From Lama guanicoe (taxonomy: Eukaryota), in NCBI GenBank assembly GCA_013239625.1, contig MU056802.1:1-64000 (forward strand): a stretch of 64,000 nucleotides of DNA. The letters run 5' to 3'. Positions within the stretch are counted from its first letter, which is position 1. Every line of letters begins with the position of its first letter. Below, one piece after another: positions 32,606 to 64,000 of this stretch. Position numbers and translations under genes: made by a program. The notes below the pieces were generated by a model. That model was not told the origin of the DNA, made no database searches, and saw only the letters and a list, made by a program, of their open reading frames with translations.

Positions 32606-35364
32606 GTGCCATCACTCTGTCCTCCTGCTCTGCTTCCTTTTCCTCAGAGAACATAAAGCTGCATGAAATGGTCTGAGGTGCTTATTCGTTTGATATATGC
32701 TGAATCAGGGGTCTAACCTTCCCCAATAATTTAGAGCAGCACCTGCCACGTAGAGGGAGCTCGGTGAATGCCTGTGAGTGAATCAAATGTGAAAGTCCAG
32801 CCTTGCCCACGGTGGGATCTGTGGGGACCTTGTGATGGTGGGAAGATGGGCTTCCAGGAAAGGTGGGATCTGCAAAGTCAGAGAGCATGGGGACAGGGGT
32901 AGAAGGGACCTGGTGGTGGAGGCGGAGGTAGAACCGTGCGGAGAGTGTGCGAGTGGGAATCAGCAAGAGGGAAGCACGATGGTACCAGGGGCTGCAAGTG
33001 CTCCCTGTGAGGGCCCCTGGGCTCCTCAGATCAGGACGGGGTCCCAGTGGCCAGGCCTGCTGACAGCCAGCCCACTTCCCCAGTCCTGACTGGGAGCCGG
33101 CCCTCGCAGCCGGGGGACGCCAGCCAGTGGCCACCCTCTGCCCGCTGGGCCAGCCACAGGCCAGGTGTCTGGGCACAGCTCTCGCACAACTGCTCCTGCC
33201 TCCCGGTCATTCTCCTCCTCTCCTCGTCTCCTGTCAATGTGTCTGCAGAAACGTTCCCACGGGCAGCCCAGCACTCAGATTCACCTCCAGAGGAGATGTG
33301 GAAGCGGCTTCTTGTCCCAGTTTCTGATCTGACCAGAATCCTAGGGAAGAATCCTGAGCGGTGGGCTTGGGTCATGTGACAACCTCTGGGTCAATCGACT
33401 GAGGCCAAGGACGGCTGTATCTATGACAACCTTTACTAGAGCCCCTTGGTTGCCGTTGGGAAGGAGGAGGAGCAGCTCCCTCTAGTGGAGGGAATGAGTG
33501 AGCACTGAGGCAGGTTGTACACTCAGAGGGCATCTCTCCCTGGGGCAGTCAGGGCCTCCTCCCAACTAGGGGCCAGAAGCAGCACCCAGGTCTCCTTGGC
33601 CCTCCCCACAGAGTTTGATGAACCAGGATTCAGAGGGGTCCAAGTCCCAGCAGTCTCTTGCATAGCAGGGCAAAGCAAGTTCAACGCCTTCCACAGCAGC
33701 ACGCCCCTCAGTGGGGGTGTGGACGAAACCCACAGGGTAAAGCCGAGCCCAGGACAGACTCATTCATGGGAGGGGCTGAGGCCCGTGACGTGCAAGGGGC
33801 AGACGCCTGAGCTCCAACAGCCTAGGGGAGGCAGTGGTGTGCTGGTAAACTGGCATCTAAAGCGGGAGAAGTAAAAGCCCTGATTTGCAGAGTTTGGTAG
33901 TTTCCACGTAACTACTCTGACCATGTCAAGGTCAGAGAACCAGGGCTGGTTCTCCTTCCACTGTGGACCTCAATCCCAGAACAGAGAGAGGTGGAGGGCT
34001 GTATCCGGATGTGGGCAGATTAGCCCCCAAGCAATGATTTCCTTGCACTGCAAGAGAATGACAAGAAAGCCAGCACACCAAGCACTGCAGCCCCTGCCTC
34101 AGAGCTAGGGGAGTCTGCAGCGTCTATGCTGGGCTGAAGACGGGGAGGTCAGCCTAGTCGTGAGAATTGTAGGGGGACAGGGAGTGTGACCCTGTTGTGA
34201 GGGACATGGCTCCTCCCCTCTCTACTGCTCAGGACATCACTAAGGTGTGGGGACAACCTGCTTTGTCCCCACTGGGGGCTTCTGCTGTTGGGTCTGCAGA
34301 ATCCTCGGTTGCTATTGGAAACGGTGATGTCACTGGCAGGAGGTGGAGCTTCAGCCATCCTTTGAGTTAGGGAGGGGGAGGCACACTCCACGGGTGATGA
34401 GGACAAAGAATTGGGATCACGAGGACCAGAAGGACAAGGAGGTTCTGGAAAGGGGTGGAAGGGGTTGCTTGGAGTAAATTAGGAGAGGGGCTGCAGAGAG
34501 AAGAGTGGAAACAGAGGATAGACATGGAATGTCTATCCAGGCACACACTTCACTGGAGCAAGTGCTTCTCGACGTCTAGCATTAGTCTCACCTGCTGCAG
34601 ACCCAACTCCCTTTGGCCTTGGTCTCTCTACAGCTGGTCTGGGCTCAGACCCCCAGACTCTTCTGGAAGATCCAGCTCAACATGGGGCGGCCACTGTCAC
34701 CCCTTCTAGTCTTCTCAGCCTTCTGGGGGGAGTCCAAGTCACATGGTGGGGCTGATGAGGTCCCATTTTTGAGACTTCTGGGGAGGGTAGCCCCGCTGCC
34801 CCTCCCCCAGAAGCATGGCTTAGGGCCTCTCCAACCACCGGAGTTTCCACCCGGCGGAGTCAGGCCCTGAAATACCACTGACTGTGGGTGAGGACTCGTG
34901 CACGCGCGCGCGCGCACGCACACTAACTGGCAGACATTCGGTCATGTTAAAAGACAAGCAAGGCTGCACGCGGCGACACGGACCCCACTAATCTCCCCAA
35001 ATTCGGCTCCCTGCAGGTTCGAGACAGCCCAGGTGACTGTCTCAGCGACCCATCCACACGCGAGAGCACACACGCACACACACGCGCACACAGGCTTCCC
35101 CCGCTCGCGCGCGCGCTGGAAAATGCTCACACGAACGCAGGCGCGCACTCTGGAGCGGGAGGCGCCCCACCTTCGGCTCCGTATTGGGAAGCGGGGGCGG
35201 CGGGAGGGGTAGGAGACGTTGGCCCCGCTCGCCGTTCCGCAGCTGTCGCAGTCGCCGCAGCGTCGGGACCGGGACCAGCGAAGCCCGCGCCCGCAGGAGC
35301 TGTCGCCGCGCCCGCAGGAGCTGTGCTCTCGGTGCGGGGCGCCCGGAGCAGCGCCGAGACCCGC

Positions 35365-35385
35365 TTCAGCACCGTGGACAGCGCC
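35365..35385 (+). promoter_or_regulatory. RE1/NRSE (REST-binding) element in the GRIN1 5' region, within a CpG island at about 34850-35900
   Basis: TTCAGCACCGTGGACAGCGCC versus consensus TTCAGCACCACGGACAGCGCC; GRIN1 is an established REST target. Confidence 0.9.
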
Positions 35386-35489
35386 AGCTGCTCGGAGGGA
35401 AGCGCGGGGAACCCACACGCGCCCAGGACGGCCCCCGCCGGCCGAAGGCTCGGGTGCCCCCTTCCTTCTCGCAGACGTCCCGGGTCTAA

Positions 35490-56880
<21,391 letters not shown>

Positions 56881-58112
56881 GACGCCCTGCCCGCCCTCCT
56901 CTGCCCCCCTCCCCCGCAGACAGACAGACAGACGGACGGGACAGCGGCCCGGCCCACGCAGAGTCCCGGAGCACGACGGGGTCAGGGGAGGAGCGCCCCC
57001 CCAGCCTCCCCCAGGCTGCGCCCGCCTGCCTGCTGGTCGGCCGGCTGGCCGGTCCACCCGTCCCGGCCCCGCGCGTGCCCCCGAGNNNNNNNNNNNNNNN
57101 NNNNNNNNNNNNNNNNNNNNNNNNNNNNNNNNNNNNNNNNNNNNNNNNNNNNNNNNNNNNNNNNNNNNNNNNNNNNNNNNNNNNNNNNNNNNNNNNNNNN
57201 NNNNNNNNNNNNNNNNNNNNNNNNNNNNNNNNNNNNNNNNNNNNNNNNNNNNNNNNNNNNNNNNNAAGGCCCGAGGGAAGCCCACCCGCCAGAGACTGCC
57301 CACCCTGGGCCTCCCGTCCCTACATCTGCCCTGCTGCTGGCCGGCAGCCCCTACTGGACTGAGGCACGGACCAGAGCGGCTGAGGACGGGCCAGAGCTGA
57401 GCGGGCTGGGCAGGGCCACAGGGCGCTCCGGCAGAGGCAGGGCCCTGGGGTCTCTGAGCAGTGGGGAGAGGGGCTGACTTGGCCCCAGGCGGAGGGGCTT
57501 GGAGCAGAGACTGAAGCCCCATCCTTCCCCCAGCCACCACCAGAGCCACAGTGGGGGCCCTTGGCCACCCCCTCCCACAGCGCCCGCACCTCACCGCCTC
57601 GCTCCACCTCTCCTCTTCTTGCTCACGCCCCTCCTCCGCCTGACCCCATCCTCCGAGCTTGCCCTGCCTTTCCCCTTCTGCAGACCCTGACCCTCCCCCC
57701 CAGCTGGCAGCCGCCTCCCAGGGGGTGCTCCAGCTCCCCATTGCCTCCCACCTTCTCTGGACTCTGCAAGGGCTGAGCCTTCTCTTTGCTTCCTCTGGCC
57801 TGCAGCCCAGGATGGGCTTCCCCAGACGCTGGCGCAGGACTGTCCTCAGCCCTGCGCCCCACCTTGTACAGGCCCAGCCCCTCCCGTGTCCCGGCGCGTG
57901 CCTTCCCCCAGCAGCCTGTGTGCAGCCGCGGGCCACCCCTCTGCCCCAGGGGCCGGGCGCGCACCGCCCACCCCCGCCCCGACCCGGTGTGTGCAGTGGT
58001 GATGCCTAAAGGAATGTCACGAAAATTTCGATCTCTGTCGCTTGTTGATGCCTGCAGGGAGTGTGGAGGAGGACACGGGGTAGGGAAGGATTCGAGGGCA
58101 GCCGCGGCCTTC

Positions 58113-59190
58113 TCAGGCTTGGGCGGCGGCGTTCTCCGTGCTCCCAGGGTCCGCAGGCGAGGCCGGGCCGCGACCGGGATCCGGCAGTCTCCTCGGCCGG
58201 AGGCGGGCGGCGGCGGCGCGGCGCCGGCGGCGCGCGCGGCAGGCGGTGAACACGGAGCCCAGAGCCATGCAGGCAGCTAGGCTGGCGAGGAAGGAGACGG
58301 GCCCGAGCGCGTAGACCACGGCCAGGTCCCGCGGGGCAAGGGGCTGCCCGCAGTGGCTGAAGGCGGCTTCGGAGAAGGCGGTCAAGGGGCTGAGCGTCAG
58401 TCGCCCGGGCGACACGCAGAGCAGCGTCTCGGCCTCTGCGGGACACAGGCGCGGAGTCAGGCGGCGGCCGCGCAGTGGCCCGCCCCGGCCCGCGCCGGCC
58501 CGCGTTCGCCCCCAAGGGCTCACCTGGCGCGGGGCGCGGGTGCCTGCGCAGCCAGGCGCAGAGCGGGCGCAGCGCGCAGCCGCAGGCCCAGGGGTTGCCG
58601 CGCAGGCCCAGCGTGTTGAGAGCGGGCAGGCCGGCCAGCAGGCCGGGCGCGAGCGCAGACAAATCGTTATCCTGCAGGCTGAGCGCGCCCAGCAGCGGGA
58701 GCGCGCCTAGAGCCGCGGGCTCCAGGCGCGCCAGCTGGTTGTCCGCCAGCGAGAGGACGCGCAGCGCGCGCAGTGGCGCGAAGGTGCCGGGCACCAGCGT
58801 CTCCAGCTGATTGGCGCCGAGGTCGAGCTCCTGAAGCGCGCCCAGGCCCCAGAAAGCCCGCGCGTGCACCCAGCGCAGTCCGTTCTCTCGCAGGTCCAGG
58901 CGTAGCAGCGCGCCAGCGCCCACGAAGGCGCCAGGCGGCAGCGCGCGCACGCGGTTGTGGTCCAGCAGCAACGCGCGCACCGGCCGGCTCAGGCCCGCTG
59001 GCACGGCGAGCAGCGCTCGCCCCGAACAGTTGGCCTGGCCGTCTGGCGCGCACGCGCACGCCTCGGGGCAGTGAGGGGCGCCCTGAGTTCCCCAGTGGGC
59101 GGCCGCGGCAGGCGTCTGGGTCCAGACTGGCCACGGCGACAGCAGCAGCAGCAATAGCGGCCGCTGCGAGAGAAAGGAGGGTCTCCGCAT
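58113..59190 (-). CDS. LRRC26: Leucine-rich repeat protein 26 (BK channel gamma-1 subunit); exons 58524-59190 and 58113-58435
   Basis: Signal peptide, LRRNT (CPEACAC), LRRs (LLLDHNRV, LDLRENGL, LSLQDNDL), LRRCT (GNPWACGC), TM segment (VVYALGPVSFLASLAACMALGSVFTAC) and polybasic RARRRRR; synteny. Confidence 0.93.
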
Positions 59191-60230
59191 GGGGGCAACA
59201 GTTGGAGGCCAGTTGCCTGCGTGTCCCCAGAGACCGTTCGTCCCGGCGGCGTTCGCACAAATGTTAACTCTCCAACCGGAGCACCCTCAGTTCCTGTCCC
59301 ACGACTGGTCTCACGCCTAGGGCGGAGGCTGGGCACCTAGCCAGCACCCGGCACTGCCAGCCACCTGTCCCAAAGCGCCAGGCTCCTCTTGGCTCCGTGC
59401 CAGCAGCAGCATGACTAGCCTCCACACCCCTCCTCACCTGCTTGGTCCACCACCCAGTGCCCAGGTGAGGCCTGAGCAACTGGACCACACCAGCCCCTGC
59501 CCCTCACCTCCCAACGAACTCATGGATGCGACTGCAGAATGGAACACGGTGCACCCTGCTCCTCACCCCAACTCTGCCTGTCTCCAGCTTAGCAAAGTGA
59601 TTCTAGCCAGTAGCTCCCACCAAGTAGCCCCCGCCTAGGGGTGGTCCGGTGCCCGTGGTGGGGATTGTTCAGGCACTAGCACAGGATGGGGGCCTGAGCC
59701 CAGGGGATAGGCTGTGGGTGGAGGGGGACTGCACACCCGAGAAAGGGGAGATAGAGTCACATTGGCCCCACTCCGCCCTCCAAGGGCTCTCCCAGAACTT
59801 CAAGGAGATGGCACAGGTGGGATGGGGCACCAGCTTCCAAGTCCTTCTGTCAGATGCTTCTCCCTCTGGAGTCAGCAGAGCTGCAGGTACTGTCGTGGCA
59901 CTTTGCTGGGGTGAGAGTGGGGGTGGGGTGGACAGGGACCCAGGGAGCCTGCCAACTTCATGGCACAAAGCAGCAGGAAGATGCAGAAAGGAGCTGGGCA
60001 CAACAGAACAGGAGGAAATGGAAACACAGGGTGCGACTCCCGGCCCTGGAGGGTGGACAGCAGGGGCCCAGCATAAGCACTGGGCACCCCCACTGAAGAC
60101 CCAGGAGATGACCCAGGGGTGCGCAGCCCCCTCCCCCACCACAGGATGCATCTGCACAGGCGCAGGGAGGACAGCACAGAATCATTAAATATCATTTAAT
60201 TTCCCATCCCCCAGCTGCCTGAAGCCCTAC

Positions 60231-61215
<985 letters not shown>

Positions 61216-63559
61216 GTCCAGCCCCCGGCCCCAGGCCATACCTCTGGACGGAACTTGTCGGAAGGCGCTGACCTCACAGTGGAGCTGTGAGGCAGGGAGG
61301 GTGGGGGCAGGGCCTCATCTGGTGCCTCAATGCCCTTAGGCCTAGGAGCCCTGGGCAGGCAGCCCTGGGGTAGGGCAGGTAGGGTGGATAGGGCGTCACT
61401 CTGGAGGGCTGCCCTGGCCTCCAGGGGAAGGCGCTTTGTGGTGAAGGGGCAGGGCCTGCACTTAGGCCCCCAGGCTCATGGAGGAAGTGGCCTGGAAACC
61501 CAGAGAGGTCCACAGTGGGCAACCCCAGGCCTTAGTTTCCCTGTCAGAATAAGGGCTGCAGCAGCTGAGGCAGGGCCTGGGGTCCTGCTATCTGTTGTCA
61601 CCACCCATCCCCGAAGGCTGGACAAGCAGGGGCTGAGGGGCCCTGGAGGGGCCCGGGGCGGGCCTGCACCCGCTGCCCCCATGCTGGTCCCAGCGACGTT
61701 TCCAGAACACCCTGTAGGAGCAGGTGGCTCAGAAATGGTTGCAGCCAGCAACTGAGGCTCTGGCTCAAGTGTGTCTTCACAGGGAGAGCCCACTGCCCCT
61801 CGGAGGTCTGTTTCTTGTGCCACTTCCCCTGACCAGGCAAGTGGTGCCCAGAGTCGCCACGGGCTGGCATGGTTGGGGTTAACCTAGCTCCTCCCTGCCT
61901 CCTCCCCTTTGAGGCCTCCTCCCTTGTCCCTAAGGACATGCCAATCAAACCGCCTAGGCAGCAGGAGGAAATACCCGCCTTGTCCTCGCAGGGGATGGAG
62001 TTGGGGGAGGGCACAGCTGGGCCACAGCCAGTCCTCACCACTGGGGACCTCCCTGACTTTCACACAGGTGTCCTCTTCTGGTGGCAGTGCCTGGCACACC
62101 TCTGCACCTGTTGAGTGATGCTGTGACCTGAGACGCTGGGTTTTACCACACTCGCTCGCAAGCTGAGTCCAAAGGCCCAGGAGCCCGGGGGCTGGCACTG
62201 CCACCCTGCTAGGCCAGTCCAGCAGGTCTGCAACCTACTTAGGATGACAAAAGTACACTCAGCCCGGTACAGGCAGGAAGCCCCGCTTCTTGTAACCAGG
62301 GCACAGCCTGCCTCAGAAGAGATGGACAGGTGGACCCCAAGGGAGAGAGCCATCGGCCTGTCCTCAGATTAGGCTACGTGCCTAACCCCTGCCACTTCCT
62401 CCTTCAACCCCACCCCCAGGCAGAATTCTCTGGAGTAAGAAGGAAAGGTCCTAGAAGCCAGACCGACACTAAGGGCCCCTGTGCAGAACAGGCCAAAGCG
62501 GAGAGGTGTGGGTGAGCACGGAGGAGAGGACTGGGGGCAGCGGGCGTGGCTCAGGTCTGGCAGCGCACCGAGGGCAGGAACAGGACAGTGGAGACACTCG
62601 TTCCAAGAGTTTTTGTCACCTGCAGGGACAGCACCACCAGGACAGAGCGGTTCCCGCCAGACAAGCAAAGGTCTTGGCCACGGAGGCTGTGGCACCCAGC
62701 ACAGCTCTGAAGGCCTCAGGCCTCGCAGAGCCAACACCTTCCCCACCTCTTGGGACCTCAGGGCGAGGGCAGTGCCAGGCCCCCAGTGCCGGCCTGGCAG
62801 GACCCTGCGCCCTGGACACAACAGGCCTGTGCAGCAGGACACCTTGTGCTGGGAACACTGAGGCCCCGGGCGTGCTTCCTGGCCCCACACTGAGAGGCGT
62901 GGAAGGAACTGGCCTTTCTGAAAGCTCACTTCATTTTAAGCCCTGAGCACCGCCACTGCTTGACACTAGCGCGGGACAGGTGGACAAACGCCTGGTCCCT
63001 CTCACCACAAGGTGAGTCCCAGGCAGCCCCTGGTGCTGGACATGAGAAGTTCTCACCAGGGGGTGCCTCATACGTGGTGATGGAGCTGAGTCCCAGCAGC
63101 AGCCTTGGGGCTCTCAGCCCAGCAAGTGGGCACCAGACCCTTAGGCCAGGCATAGGTCTCCTTTCAAAGGTCAGAAGGGTGAGGCTGGAGCAGGAGGCCC
63201 CTCTGGAGGGCAGCTCAGGAAGGTCTCCCAGGCAGCCAACCCACAGCAAGCTCCTGCCTGAGCCACCAGCCCGGCATGCGCCTTGGCTGGCTGGAGTGGC
63301 CTGGGAAAGCCACGTGCATGACTCCCAGTGGGAAGCCCAACACAAGTGTGCGGCTCCCCTCATCTGCCCCTGGGAGGGGGGGCAGGCTCTGCCAGCTTGA
63401 CGTGGGAGAACCTCGGTCACGTGCCCACGAGGGGCCCACAAAGCCACCAGGACAGTGTAAGGATGAAGAACCACCTGCTTTACTCGGCACTCGGGGCTGT
63501 GCAGGATGTAGGGATGCCCCCGCCAGCGGGACCGGGCAGGGCAGGCCCCGCGGAGACGG

Positions 63560-64000
63560 TCAGCTGCAGTTCTTGGGCAGGCGGTAGACGCCGGCGGAGT
63601 AGACAAGCTGCTGGTCCCGCACCTTCTTCTGCAGGAAGGCCTGGAGCTCAGGCAGGTCGATCTCGGCCAGCGCGGGGCCGGTCACCACGAACATGCGCAG
63701 CATGCTGTACATGCGCTCCAGCGACAGGCTCTCCAGGTTGGTCAGCATGGCCTGGATATATGTCCAGAAGAGCTGTGGGGTACAGCGGCCAGGTTGGCTG
63801 CCACCTCAGCGCCCCGGCACCACTCCCTGACGCCCCACCCCCACGTCCCACCCGGCGCTCCGTCCCCCGCACCAGCAGCTCCTCCTCCTTCTGGTCGGCT
63901 TGGGAGGCCATGCCCGAGTCGCTCTCGTCGTCGCTGTCGATGAGCACCATGTTGTCCCGGTCCTGAGGCCGCTCTTCCTCCACCACCGAGAAGGTGCCGG
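63560..64000 (-). CDS. ANAPC2: Anaphase-promoting complex subunit 2, last two exons (63873 to beyond 64000, and 63560-63772)
   Basis: DSDDESDSGMASQADQKEEELL|LFWTYIQAMLTNLESLSLERMYSMLRMF...YSAGVYRLPKNCS* (C-terminal WHB domain); AGTAAA on the - strand at 63479-63484. Confidence 0.95.

Noticed and set aside
58436-58523. Possible microRNA hairpin in or near the LRRC26 intron
   Set aside because: Extreme GC content makes hairpins trivial, and I cannot support a miRNA from sequence alone.

Overview
GC-rich mammalian genomic DNA, most likely camelid (two Vic-1-like tRNA-derived SINEs), syntenic with human 9q34.3. Gene order: MAN1B1 exons 3-13 (+), DPP7 (-), an extra inverted MAN1B1 copy (-), GRIN1 (+), LRRC26 (-), TMEM210 (-) and the 3' end of ANAPC2 (-). 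Most listed ORFs are GC-rich noise; the real genes are spliced. The main surprise is the second MAN1B1 copy at about 20127-27900. It is intron-containing and near-identical to the parent, keeps a CpG-island promoter, exons 1-6 and exon 13, and has lost exons 7-12 (most of the GH47 catalytic domain) through a 4.74-kb intron-to-intron deletion. It ends about 10 nt past its poly(A) signal and points head-to-tail into DPP7. Its phase-1 donors are in frame with DPP7 exon 2, so it could encode a catalytically dead ~291-aa MAN1B1 and/or a membrane-anchored MAN1B1-DPP7 fusion; both are inferences and untested. Arm differences cluster at the deletion junction, which suggests gene conversion or polishing collapse. 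Also notable: a 336-bp tandem duplication of a GRIN1 exon, and six N-runs that all fall where conserved GRIN1 exons are expected.
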